Source of the DNA: an uncultured Akkermansia sp.
Lineage (GTDB): Bacteria > Verrucomicrobiota > Verrucomicrobiia > Verrucomicrobiales > Akkermansiaceae
DNA length: 64,000 bases
Reading direction: 5' to 3'
Assembly (NCBI GenBank): GCA_947631435.1
Contig: CANRLM010000002.1
Coordinates: forward strand, 6,522 to 70,521
Each line of letters opens with the position of its first letter. Position 1 is the stretch's first letter. The notes below the pieces were generated by a model. The model worked only from the letters and a program-made list of their open reading frames with translations, did no database searches and was not told the DNA's origin. Shown one piece after another: positions 29,401 through 34,496 of the stretch. Made by a program: the position numbers and the translations under genes.

Positions 29401-31482
29401 AGCGAGGGGAGTGTGACCGCATCCGGTGAACTCCGTTTGCAGGGAGTGAACGGGCAGGGAAGCCTCTCCGGAAGGGACGTCATCGTGCAGGGGAGTGGGG
29501 GAAGCTTCGGCGGCACGCTGGCCGGGAGTCTGACCGTGGCAGGGCGAGGGGCGCAGCAGACGCTCACGGGCGAAGCGCAGGGCAGAGAAGCCGAGTTGCA
29601 CGTGCAGGATGGAGGTATGCTGATGCTGCAGGGCGCGAGAGCGGCTCGTGCGGGAGAGGAACCGCTTCCGTCGGTGGGGGAACAGAGCTACGGGAGTGTA
29701 GAAAACGGGCAGGGAGGAACCTTGCGCATTGAGGCCGCCAGTGAGGAGGCGAACGGACGCGGCGGGGCGGGAATCCACGTGGAGGGAGACATCGTGTTCC
29801 GCGATGATTCGACCACGGAGCTTGTGTTTAACATGAACTCGGATCAGCTGTGGGATGAACACGATGCCACCATGCTGGAAACGGACAGAACCATCTACAT
29901 TGAGGACAACGCGCACTTTGTGTTGGAGAGTCTGGGAGAAGGCTTCTCTCCGAAGCGTGGAGACCTGGTGAATGTCAAGGTGATGCAGGGTAGCAAGGTT
30001 GTGCTGGGAGCCTACGCGGCGGACGATGAAAGAGTCGATACCGCAGGGGAGGAAGCTGGCGAGGCGGCGCTGTACAGCGAAGAAAACCGGGAAGTGGAGT
30101 TGGCGGCAGAGGTTTCTCCCGAAATCTCGCGTAACCTCGACGTGGTGGAGCTGCGCGGTCTCTTCCACGTGTACTTCACGGGGGCGTGGCTCGGGGTGGA
30201 TGAAAGAACCGGAACCGTGTACCTGAGCGGTAAGTACCGCACGGCGAGCCTCTTCAACAAAGTCGCTAACTCGCACAACTCGCACGCCGGCGCGAATCTG
30301 CTCTGGGAAACGTCGCAGGTGATTAACCTCTTTGCAGATGAGGGAGTCCTGAGCGCCATGTCGGCGCGCGTGGCCGATACCTTGGACAGCGACCCGGCAG
30401 AAGCGCGACGCATCATGGCTGCCGTGGCAGGCAGCACGGTGACCTCGCTGAGCGCGGCGCAGAGGGATGTGATGCGCAGCCGGATGCAGAGCGTGCGCAA
30501 CCACGCGCAGGCGGTGTCCGCCCCCTACGAGAGCATTGAACAAAAGACGCGTCCCTACCGTGTGATCCCGGTGAAGGGATGGAAGGACGGCGCGCGGGAA
30601 GAACCGATGCTCACGCGCCAAGACGTTCGTGGCCTGCATGCCTGGGTGGAGGGAGCCGGCGATTTCCACGAACAGCACACTCGCGGAGATGAGAGCGGAT
30701 ACCGCCTGAATGCCTGGGGCGGAGCAGCCGGAGCTGATCTGCGCCTCAGCGAGGAGACGGTGGTCGGTCTTTCTCTCTCTGCGCTCTACGGCGACCTCAC
30801 CGCCAACGCCTCCGACACCGCCAAGGGTGATTGGGACAGCTACACGGTGAGCCTGTGGGGGCGCACGAGGGATGACCGCTGGGCACACACCTTTGTCGTA
30901 TCCGCCGGGTTGAATGACGCCAAGTTGAACCGCACGGTGAATTACGGCGCCGGCAGTTACACCGCTCATGGCAAGACGGATGGTTATTCGCTGGGCGCGC
31001 TCTATGAACTCAGCTACGATGTGCCGCTGAACCGCGATTCCACGCGCGTGCTGCAACCCTTTGCCACGGCATCCGTGATGCACGGCGTGGTAAACGGTTA
31101 CGCGGAGAGTAGCCCGGATCGAACTGGGTTGAATGTGGGAGAGCAGGACCTGACGCTTGCCACCCTCGCACTCGGCACTCGCTGGTTGATGCTGACGAAT
31201 GCAAGCAAGGCGCTTAACCGCACGATTCGCACGGAGTTGCGCGCCGCAGTGGCGCAGGACTTCGGGGAGAGGCGAGCCAAGGCCGATGTGGCTCTGCAAG
31301 CCAACCCCGGCTATGCCACGGGAGTGTACGGCTCCCGAGCGGGCAGCACGGCTCTGCAATTCGGCGGCAACATGCTCATCCCGGTGACGGGGGACATGGA
31401 TATGACCCTGGATGCCAATGCCGACCTTCGCGCTCACAGCGTCGGTTGGAACGTTTCCGTGGGCGTGCGCTTCGGCTTCTGA
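11467..31482 (+). CDS. Giant classical autotransporter/adhesin (type Va), about 6,671 aa, repetitive beta-helical passenger
   Basis: Uninterrupted 20-kb ORF; signal MKLHLPLALRAALLAVLCATQVWA; Gly/Thr/Ser-rich repeats and repeated (L/I)xKTGxxxLT autotransporter-associated strands; C-terminal beta-barrel from about 30630 ending VSVGVRFGF. Confidence 0.95.
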   Translation: MKLHLPLALRAALLAVLCATQVWAERTLTIDGKRQNNWDGDDGVIESAISGGNVFEITLSGGDTSNELEIKDGGIIPFYGRATITVNDGGIFTQSGGYMGYYDGLATIVVNSGGEFTQSGGYIAYYYDAQATITVDGGIFTQSGGKIAYFRDTKATITVSHGGTFTSTESYVGSSGTVAIIVNDDGSAFTQKGGYIGYDHSKVTIDVKDGGEFTQSGDIAYFPDSSATITVDGGIFTQSEGSLGRSSQHVTIDVKDGDVKDGGKFTQNGGYIAYGSGSSATITVKDGGEFTQSGGYIAYGSGSSATITVDSDGEFTSTGGDLGYEGSVTIDVKKGGNFSKSGGYIRNGTITVEEGGKFTLSENATIANWKTMTVNGDFVQEGGTIDSGPITIGEGGVYDMSGGTNGASVTVKAGGNYNYSGGTIESSSFNVEDGGYFNLVENANYTHQTTLRGGLYLSLGSGHITVNDSATYDLANEKGTLDIIMRGGRLTNAGSYEKNVRIDTGADYSGEVSLGGLDAARIKSVKIARADTRITGMASGSTLTFSGENSIACGEASRDAEKAILQFEGGKGSLSFGWTSSLNIKFNWKELTQDVEYWLTNASDVTGWENAIQSLGLEISLEQEEGKGWKLTASGGDKLWIASSDGVSVNEASQLGNYTSGVIVDRAMTLTLSTPGATKAYYLTDDDTGSGFQVNGAEGVIVELTNPHEFSQSTMAGDITVTGGAELRKTGAGVFTFSGTLSTDGELVIQEGRFNQSGGYIASDSSATITVEGGTFTQSGGYIASDSSATITVEGGTFTQSGGYIASDSSATITVEGGAFTQSGGYIAYNNGSSATITVEGGTFTQRSGGYIAYEKGSKATITVNGGKFTSTGGDLGYDGSVTIDVKIDGNFSKSGGYIRNGTITVEDGGKFTLSGSATISYGRTMTIKGNFVQEGGKFYQWDSTTKLTIEEGGVYAMSGGTYNVTTTVKTGGNYNYSGGTIGSSSFTVEDGGYFNLVKNENYTHSTALKGAGHITVNDRATYDLNGSKGTLDIIMRGGKLTNAGSYTHNARIDTGADYSGEVSLGGLNAARIESVTIAGAATSITGMASGSTLSFHKGDSITVGSGHMSDAGEEASDGYILNFTGDSGNVAFVEDGAVVLNFAAGVFDDVMGKGNFKKKIWLTNGTIDGVSTEDLESRLKEHFVLGAGLEDLSLKYIEDVDGGKLLLYGNADGIWIASRNGQEVTSVTRLDKFNQVQADVALTLKPGEAGTMHVRQLQSDGRKGDLIVVSVAGLTVQLENEHTDETGINGDTVFGGDIRVKEGGGATAILEKTGSASLTVSGNVTTGGVVQVSAGTLALEGAGNSIGSLAMGGTDEDGNETSGTLQVDGTLTLTGTSVMTEESQGSITGTGDLKMGTGASLTLDGSVSYSVSNTTLEGEAAFTNNSSSAMQGDFRLQDSARLGIGSAGASGSVSLQDKAVLDLGNAGASGLTVTMQGGQLANGGSFQGHVAVQTGSSYSGEIKLGGVDAACITSINTQGSGTYLSGLKAGSTLTLSGENSMAVSTDNLNYAGSSNTCLIQFEGSSGTIAFAEGKDNNVGFLLNLDAEVIAALRKQEKGVELYFTNGQITGAPDEEDAQEWRDWVAQHIHFTETLENLGYAVVGIDGGKLLISGSTKDVYFVRAEGALVDRPLRLGRYDAVVVDETLTLDFNVAEEPAENSVIHNLRSEASDASGDLIVNKSGEEALTLELNNTEDSNFLAASSGGGGNLTVTVGSGAGALTLIKTGANKLTVGGNLTTPGALEVQEGALELGSAASSVGSLGVKDGAELVLSSDAKLYMGNDALATGSISGPGELDWDGELSLSGTVKLDGVKLDMEDGESLKINGVTVRMGNGQIGGTELTEVNVTNGGEFELKEGNIDRAGTRVSVDGADFTQSGGYIGEGAQFELKNKATLTQSGGQIAGGTFSLSGGTTMRQGGAITGGTFTLSGTGTGITQTGGTISGKAAFTLNAGTTMTQSGGEIQNGSFSLNGAGLTQETDGRISGGEFTLSEGVTMSQSGSITGGTYGLSGGTIMSQGGDISGGTFTLSGTGTSVTQAEGAISGEASFTLNAGTAMTQNGGEIQSGSFSLSGASLTQRASGIISGGAFTLSGGATMTASGSITGGSMELSGTGTSFTQSAGSISEGVEITLKNGAKLALSGGSMGGSVTLEGTASSYNMGGQAAGGSVLMKGGKLENAGAFAGKLSIETGDTYTEALDLGGVDAARITKVVMGSSQTELHGLKSGSTLTFSESASKMVVGSEHIAQGDATGTAMVQFEGESGNIAFTNEGELLLHLESEVLEGIEGQKEIVFTNGSFSGMPGGQEKLEEWLAKHFVLETGMEGIKIEVLLLDDVHGGRLVLTGSTSGIWLTSRNGQSVDVVDRLNHYSAVVVDKDLTLKLPDTAEENPTIVKQLQNREGQGDFIIQTEGGATANHTVQLNNVHTDEETQNGDTDFYGNIRVDGTGLEAAALEKTGNAQLTMHGDVTTGGVVQLSEGTLKLAGAGNGIGALAMNGGELDVAGTLELTGSTAMTGASTGTITGEGTVEMGSGASLTLAGAVSYTVQNTGLTGGAQMRQQEGSSIITGGSFLLSGTGTVFVQEGGSISETNFTLKDGANMQVGGEIVDGTFTLNAGTTMTASGSITGGSMELSGSGTIFTQSEGSMDEKTTFSLKDGAKLVLAGGSMAGSVTLEGAASVYDMGGQTAGGNVVMKGGRLENAGEFAGKLSIQTAESYSGEIKLGGVDAARITNIRLGAAGTYLTELKEGSTLTLRGENSLVVDCNQFNYTDTSPSYLIRFENESGSVTFAEDVEGGSVGVWLKLSAKEIATLRQLGGAAEFYFTNGQITGAPDEVDSPQWREWVASHFHFTKTLESLGFAVVGIDGGKLLISGSTADIYIVTAHGREPVTSPLQLGRYAAVVVDDDLTLDFDVDEEPAENSVIHNLSSGAENETGDLIVSKSGRYALTLELNNTTDSALNPHGNIGGNLKVTVEEGAGELRLIKTGEKKLTVGGNLTTPGSLEVQEGTLEIGGADSSVGSLEVEEGAGLVLSDEAKLHMGNHQLTTGSISGAGELDWDGELSLSGTVKLDGVKLDMEEGESLKITGVSVSMGDGQIGGGKSPVSIAVEKKGETKGSFTLGGGSLGSGEDGGVAKLDVKGSEFVQAGGVIQQGAEVTLSEGSTMEQNGGRIKGGTITLQGATTSLTQGEQGGICGGSFTLGNGASFSQSGVISDGTFSLRGTDTKMLVESQGSIIGGNFSLGDGAEIGVSEGMIRGGTFTLSGKGVIVDCEKGVISGGDFTLSEGATMVAQSAGSITNGTFTLSGGATIRNAGGISGGTFSLSGSGTKMEGAGDISNGDFTLDGGATMSQSGSITGGTYGLSGEGTSFTQTNGSISGVEFTMSGGATLTQSAGSITGGTFTLSGTASLRNGGKISGGSFSLSGSGAKMEGAGEINGGDFTLSEGATMSQSGSITGGTYGLSGERTGFTQTDGSISGVEFSLSEGATLTQNGGVIQNGTFSLNGAGLTQGTGGSISGGSFTLSNGATMETSGSIAGGAFTLSGTGTSFTQSEGSIGEDVQIMLKEGAGITLSGGSMSGSVTMEGAASSYDMGNRAAGGSVVMKGGRLENAGAFAGKLSLETAKEYTAALELGGVDAVRINRVVTGSSRTELHDLMSGSTLTFRDGESKMVVGAEHVYREGQEVSSMVQFRKGSGQIAFEGNGALQLHLNSEVLEGIDGNGIEGQMEILFTNGSFSGMPEGQEESEAWLKEHFVLEAGMEGIKVLLLDDVHGGRLVLTGSTSGIWITSRNGQSVDVADLLNRYSAVIVDEGLTLTLPTTPEEMPTIIHQLRNESDEHGDLLVQTEAGATANHTVQLHNAHTNEHQNNGDTHFFGNIRVDGTGLEAATLEKTGNAQLNVHGDVTTGGTVQLSEGTLKLAGAGNGIGALAMNGGKLDVAGKLRLTGSTAMTETSTGSITGEGTVELGSGASLTLAGAVSYTVQNTELAGGAQMRQERGSSITGGSFQLSGTGTTMVQEGGSISKTDFSLTEGAAMEAGGSVTGGSFVLRGEDAKFTQTGGSLSGVKFELSEGATMETRGSITGGGFELSGAGTIFTQSGGSMDEKTTISLQGGAKLVLAGGSMAGSVTLEGAASVYNMGGQTAGGSVVMKGGKLEHAGEFAGKLSIQTAENYSGEIKLGGVDAARITNIQLGAVDTYLTELKEGSTLTLSGENSLVVDCNQFNYTDTTPTYLIRFENESGSVTFAEEDGGGSVGVLLKLSAKEIATLRQLGGEAEFYFTNGDITGAPGEEDSPEWREWVASHFHFTKTLESLGFAVVGIDGGKLLISGSTADVYLVSVEDDRVDSPLRLGRYEAVVVDTDLTLDFHVDEEPEENSVIHNLRSGAEDETGDLLVKKSGEYALTLELNNITDSALNPYGSTGGNLTVTVEADAGELSLIKTGEGKLTVGGNLTTPGSLEVQEGTLEVVGADSSVGSLEVREGAGLVLSGGAKLHMGNNALATGSISGPGELDWDGELSLSGTVELGDVKLDMEEGESLKIDGVSVRMGDGQIGGGESPVSIAVETNGSFTLEGGSLGSGEDGAVATLDVKGSKFVQEGGVIQQGAEVTLSEGSTMEQSGGRIKGGTITLEGDTTGLTQGEQGRICGGSFTLGNGASLRNDGKISGGSFSLRGSGTKMEGAGDISNGDFTLDGGATMSQSGIITGGTYGLSGEGTGFTQADGSISGVEFTMSEGAMLTQSAGSITDGTFTLSGTASLRNGDKISGGSFSLSGSGAKMEGAGEINGGSFTLDGGATMSQSGSITGGTYGLSGEGTSFTQEGGSISGVEFSLREGAALTQSAGSITDGTFSLNGAGLTQGTGGNISGGSFTLSEGATMSQSGSITGGTYELSGEGTSFTQADGSISGVEFSLSEGATLTQNGGAIQNGTFSLNGAGLTQGAGGSISGGEFTLSNGATMETSGNVTGGSMELSGEGTGLTQSEGSIGEDVQIMLKEGAGITLSGGSMSGSVTMEGAASSYDMGNRAAGGSVVMKGGRLENAGAFAGKLSLETAKEYTAALELGGVDAVRINRVVTGSSRTELHDLMSGSTLTFRDGESKMVVGAEHVYREGQEVSSMVQFRKGSGQIAFEGNGALQLHLNSEVLEGIDGNGIEGQMEILFTNGSFSGMPEGQEESEAWLKEHFVLEAGMEGIKVLLLDDVHGGRLVLTGSTSGIWIASRNGQSVDVADLLNRYSAVIVDEGLALKLPTTPEETPTIIHQLQNESDEHGDLLVQTEAGATANHTVQLHNAHTNEHRNNGDTDFYGNISVEGEGLEAATLEKTGNAALSVHGDVTSDGTVRLSEGTLKLAGAGNGIDALDMNGGELDVAGKLRLTGSTVMTGTSTGAITGEGTVELGSGASFILAGAVSYTVQSTELTGGAQMRQEEGSSITGGSFRLSGTGTAFVQEGGSISSTDFSLTEGATMEAGGSVTGGSFALSGEGVTFTQTGGSLSGVEFTLSEGAAMETSGNITGGGFELTGAGTSLTQNEGSMDKGTTISLQGGARLVLAGGSMAGSVTLEGAASAYDMGGQAAGGSVVMKGGRLENAGNYTGSLTIQTDDAYTGDLELGGVDAALITDVQTKGEVRLTRLKEGSTLTLHGDHSMRVAVNNTNYGEQEAQELIEFNGTGGCVALEDNMTLLLDLSADVLAGLRRQGNFELLFTNGNFVIPGEKDALTWVQEHFTFREELKNLGFVVESVEGGAFIISGSTEDVYIVGEDGGVVHSALLLGRYKGVIVDEDLTLDLDVQEDAAENSVLRNVDSLGKQTDLNVEKSGEGRITVELHNDEDTDTELGGDLTVSKDEKEGTGRADLLKSGSGKLTVGGKLQTEDNLTVADGTLALEGQGSSVGSLNLGGADEAGNETSGELQVDGTLTLTGDSDMRGDRGSITGGGRLVVDGDVQLGEGVKMDGPALDLGSEGSVTASGELRLQGVNGQGSLSGRDVIVQGSGGSFGGTLAGSLTVAGRGAQQTLTGEAQGREAELHVQDGGMLMLQGARAARAGEEPLPSVGEQSYGSVENGQGGTLRIEAASEEANGRGGAGIHVEGDIVFRDDSTTELVFNMNSDQLWDEHDATMLETDRTIYIEDNAHFVLESLGEGFSPKRGDLVNVKVMQGSKVVLGAYAADDERVDTAGEEAGEAALYSEENREVELAAEVSPEISRNLDVVELRGLFHVYFTGAWLGVDERTGTVYLSGKYRTASLFNKVANSHNSHAGANLLWETSQVINLFADEGVLSAMSARVADTLDSDPAEARRIMAAVAGSTVTSLSAAQRDVMRSRMQSVRNHAQAVSAPYESIEQKTRPYRVIPVKGWKDGAREEPMLTRQDVRGLHAWVEGAGDFHEQHTRGDESGYRLNAWGGAAGADLRLSEETVVGLSLSALYGDLTANASDTAKGDWDSYTVSLWGRTRDDRWAHTFVVSAGLNDAKLNRTVNYGAGSYTAHGKTDGYSLGALYELSYDVPLNRDSTRVLQPFATASVMHGVVNGYAESSPDRTGLNVGEQDLTLATLALGTRWLMLTNASKALNRTIRTELRAAVAQDFGERRAKADVALQANPGYATGVYGSRAGSTALQFGGNMLIPVTGDMDMTLDANADLRAHSVGWNVSVGVRFGF
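11728..12420 (+). repeat. Intragenic ~22-25-aa repeats (GGxFTQSGGYIAY-variable-ATITV)
   Basis: About 10 imperfect units visible in the translation; includes an exact 15-bp duplication GATGTGAAGGATGGT at 12223-12252. Confidence 0.85.
13732..14001 (+). repeat. 66-bp coding tandem repeat (QSGGYIASDSSATITVEGGTFT)
   Basis: Units start at 13732, 13798, 13864 and 13930 (the fourth unit is 72 bp); the first three are near identical. Confidence 0.9.
22211..22856 (+). repeat. Long intragenic direct repeat, copy A (partner 26477-27122, offset 4266 bp)
   Basis: Sense translation identical over about 215 aa, and the antisense shadow ORFs are also identical, implying DNA-level identity. Confidence 0.85.
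26477..27122 (+). repeat. Long intragenic direct repeat, copy B
   Basis: See copy A; first visible mismatch at 22857/27123. Confidence 0.85.
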
Positions 31483-31581
31483 CGCCGGTGACGAGTGCCG
31501 AGTTGCAGACTTAGTTGTTCAGAAGAGAATTTTTGTTCTTTTTTTATCTTATTGCCTTGATGGTAATAAGTTAGGGTGTTC

Positions 31582-31600
31582 ATCTCTTTTCGAAAGAGAT
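31582..31600. promoter_or_regulatory. Palindromic operator copy 3: ATCTCTTT-TCG-AAAGAGAT
   Basis: Perfect 8-3-8 inverted repeat in the AT-rich spacer upstream of tssB. Confidence 0.75.
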
Positions 31601-31746
31601 ATCCAGTCTAAAATTTCAGAAAGACTAAAAAAAAGCGATTAAGGAAAGAACAAAAAGAAAAAACTAACAGAGCTCATAAGTAAAAAAATCGCGTCATACA
31701 ATTGCAACGTATTCTCTTCGAAGGTTCGAATAATCCGCGTCCGCGC

Positions 31747-31765
31747 ATCTCTTTCGAAAAGAGAT
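31747..31765. promoter_or_regulatory. Palindromic operator copy 4: ATCTCTTT-CGA-AAAGAGAT
   Basis: Perfect 8-3-8 inverted repeat about 70 bp upstream of the tssB ATG; abuts a -10-like TACACT (31765-31770). Confidence 0.75.
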
Positions 31766-31837
31766 ACACTAACTTTGTGTGGAAGTACCGTAGATGGGAG
31801 CTTTCAACGCGAAACGTACCACCAACCAACAACAAAT

Positions 31838-32356
31838 ATGCCAGGAAGTAGTCAAAAATTCATCGGGCGGAACAGGGCGCCGCGCGTACAGATTGAATAC
31901 GATGTTGAGTTATACGGAGCAGAGAAGAAAGTCGACTTGCCATTTGTCATGGGAGTGATTTCTGATTTATCAGGCAAGTCCAATGAGGAATTGCCGCCTG
32001 TTGCCGAACGTAGCTTTGTGGAGATAGATGGGGACAACTTCAATGAACGCATGGAGAGTATGAAGCCCCGGGTAGCGTTCTCGGTGCCGAACGTGATCGG
32101 CGATGAAGGGAATATTGGGGTGGATTTGACATTCAAGAGCATGGAGGATTTTAACCCTGATGCTGTCGCGGCGAAGATTCCGGGAGTATCGGATTTGCTG
32201 GAGGCTCGTAAACAACTTGCCGCGTTGGTATCCTACATGGACGGCAAGGCGGGAGCTGAGGAGCTGATAGGAAAGATTTTGAAAGATCCGAGTTTGCTGA
32301 AGGCTCTTTCCGAGCAGAAAGCCACTAAGAAAGACGAACCCCAGGAAAACGCATAA
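31838..32356 (+). CDS. tssB: T6SS contractile sheath small subunit
   Basis: SSQKFIGRNRAPRVQIEYDVELYGAEKKVDLPFVMGVISDLSG; LLEARKQLAALVSYMDGK. Confidence 0.97.
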   Translation: MPGSSQKFIGRNRAPRVQIEYDVELYGAEKKVDLPFVMGVISDLSGKSNEELPPVAERSFVEIDGDNFNERMESMKPRVAFSVPNVIGDEGNIGVDLTFKSMEDFNPDAVAAKIPGVSDLLEARKQLAALVSYMDGKAGAEELIGKILKDPSLLKALSEQKATKKDEPQENA

Positions 32357-32361
32357 AAGCC

Positions 32362-33849
32362 ATGGCGGAAACACAGACTAATACCCAGGCGGCAGCCACC
32401 GAAGTGGTGGAACTGAACGATTTTGAGGCGTTGCTTGATCGTGAATTCCGACCCAAGAGCGAGAAAGCCAAAAGCGCCGTGCAACAAGCTGTCGGGACGC
32501 TTGCCACGCAGGCTCTCGGCAAGGCTAATGTCATCTCGGACGATGTGATCTCCACCGTGGAGGGGATGATAGCGGAGTTGGACAAGAAGCTGAGCGCTCA
32601 GATCAATGCGGTGATTCACCATCCGGACTTTCAGAAACTGGAGAGTGCGTGGCGGGGACTGCACTACCTGGTGAGTAACTCCGAAACGGATTCACACCTC
32701 AAAATTCGGGTGCTCAATGTCTCCAAAGATGAACTTGCCAAGAGCATCAAGAAGTACAAAGGTGCAGCGTGGGATCAGGATCCCCTGTTCAAAAAGCTCT
32801 ATGAAAACGAGTTTGGCTCTCCCGGCGGAGAGCCGTATGGCGCCCTGATCGCCGACTATTACTTCAGCCATCAGCCCAAGGATGTGGAAATACTCAAGGG
32901 AATGGGACGTATCTGCGCAGCGGCGCACTGCCCCATGATATCTGCCGCCGATCCCGCCCTCATGAACATGGACAGCTGGCAGGAGCTTTCCAATCCGCGT
33001 GACCTGAGCAAGATCTTCCAGACGCCGGAATACGCGGCCTGGAGGAGCCTGCGCGAGACGGATGACAGCCGCTACATCGCGCTGACCATGCCGCGTGTGT
33101 TGGCTCGTTTGCCCTACGGCGCTAAGACAACTCCCGTTGAAGGGTTCGCGTTTGAGGAAGAGACCGGGGCCGGAGATAACTCGGCATACACGTGGATGAA
33201 CGCCGCCTATGCCATGGGAGCTAACATCAATCGCTCCTTCAAGAAGTACGGTTGGTGCGCGTCCATACGCGGGGTGGAATCAGGAGGCATGGTGGAGGCG
33301 TTGCCGTGCCATACATTCCCCACGGACGACGGGGGCGTGGCTATGAAGTGTCCCACCGAAATAGCCATTACGGACCGCCGGGAAGCGGAACTCTCGAAGA
33401 ACGGATTCCTGCCTATCTGCCACTGGAAGAATACGGACTACGCCGTATTCATGGGAGGGCAGACCTTGAATAATCCGACGGTATACGATGACCCGGATGC
33501 GACGTCCAACTCCCGCCTCTCGGCATGCCTGCCGTACATTTTTGCAACAAGCCGTTTCTCGCACTACCTCAAGTGCATCGTGAGAGACAAGGTGGGCTCT
33601 TTCAAGAGCAAGGATGACATGCAGAAGTGGCTTTCCAATTGGATAGCCGGCTATGTAACGGCTGACCCGAATGCGGATGAATCCGTGAAGGCTCGCTATC
33701 CGCTGGCGGCTGCAGATGTGGTGATGGAGGACGTAGAGGGTAACCCCGGTTACTATTCTGCCAAGTTCTATCTGCGCCCGCACTTCCAGCTGGAAGGACT
33801 AACAGCTTCCCTGCGCCTGGTGACCAAGTTGCCGAGCGAGAGAAAATAA
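32362..33849 (+). CDS. tssC: T6SS contractile sheath large subunit
   Basis: HHPDFQKLESAWRGLHYLV, YENEFGSPGGEPYG, PRVLARLPYG, GWCASIRGVESGG, CPTEIAITDRREAELS, LRPHFQLEGLTASLRLV. Confidence 0.97.
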   Translation: MAETQTNTQAAATEVVELNDFEALLDREFRPKSEKAKSAVQQAVGTLATQALGKANVISDDVISTVEGMIAELDKKLSAQINAVIHHPDFQKLESAWRGLHYLVSNSETDSHLKIRVLNVSKDELAKSIKKYKGAAWDQDPLFKKLYENEFGSPGGEPYGALIADYYFSHQPKDVEILKGMGRICAAAHCPMISAADPALMNMDSWQELSNPRDLSKIFQTPEYAAWRSLRETDDSRYIALTMPRVLARLPYGAKTTPVEGFAFEEETGAGDNSAYTWMNAAYAMGANINRSFKKYGWCASIRGVESGGMVEALPCHTFPTDDGGVAMKCPTEIAITDRREAELSKNGFLPICHWKNTDYAVFMGGQTLNNPTVYDDPDATSNSRLSACLPYIFATSRFSHYLKCIVRDKVGSFKSKDDMQKWLSNWIAGYVTADPNADESVKARYPLAAADVVMEDVEGNPGYYSAKFYLRPHFQLEGLTASLRLVTKLPSERK

Positions 33850-33884
33850 AAGTATTCAATTCTCACCCTAATTATCACTGAATT

Positions 33885-34415
33885 ATGGCATTCAATTCCT
33901 ACGTACAAATAGACGGTATCGAGGGGCAATCCACCGATACCGCGCACTCCAATTGGATCGACGTGATCTCGTTCTCCCATGGTTCGAGTCAGGAGACCCA
34001 ATTTGCCAACCAAACGAACGCAGCCGGGCGCGGCGTGCTGGCGCCGCTTGTTTTTGTCCATTTGCTGGACAAGGCAACCCCCAATCTGCAGAAAGCCTGC
34101 ATGAGCGGGCAAAACATCTCGAGCGTGAAACTGGAGGTTTGCGCGCAGATTGGAGGAGCAAAACAGAAGCTGTATGAGGTAGAGCTTACCAATGCTCGTG
34201 TCGTCGAGGCCAAGGTAGTAACGGTTGACGCTCCCGTGTGCACCGATACTCAACTGGCGGGAGTGGGACGTGATGCTGCTGCGCTGCGCCTTGTCGAGCA
34301 AGTGAGCATTGTGGCAGAAGAGTACAAGTGGACGACTCATACCTTTAAGACGACAGGAGAACTCGGTGGTGATGTGGCTGCCGGCTGGAACGTCGCAACA
34401 GATCAAGCCGTCTGA
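33885..34415 (+). CDS. hcp: T6SS tube protein Hcp (TssD)
   Basis: IDGIEGQSTDTAHSNWIDVISFSHG, LDKATPNL, GWNVATDQ; located right after tssC. Confidence 0.9.
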   Translation: MAFNSYVQIDGIEGQSTDTAHSNWIDVISFSHGSSQETQFANQTNAAGRGVLAPLVFVHLLDKATPNLQKACMSGQNISSVKLEVCAQIGGAKQKLYEVELTNARVVEAKVVTVDAPVCTDTQLAGVGRDAAALRLVEQVSIVAEEYKWTTHTFKTTGELGGDVAAGWNVATDQAV

Positions 34416-34430
34416 TCAAATCAATCAATC

Positions 34431-34479
34431 CGGAAGGGCTGACGGTATCCGCCGTGGCGGGTTCTGTCGGCCTTTTCCG
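34431..34479 (+). terminator. Long hairpin after hcp (attenuator or mRNA stabiliser)
   Basis: CGGAAGGGCTGACGG pairs with CTGTCGGCCTTTTCCG (with G-U pairs), enclosing a CCGCC/GGCGG stem; followed by TATAAT at 34482-34487. Confidence 0.5.
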
Positions 34480-34496
34480 CTTATAATGAGTTATTG

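Noticed and set aside
15511-31437. Very long minus-strand ORFs (up to 1441 aa) inside the autotransporter
   Set aside because: Antisense shadows caused by the biased codon usage of the repetitive sense gene; the translations are low-information (H/R/A/P-rich) and mirror its repeats.
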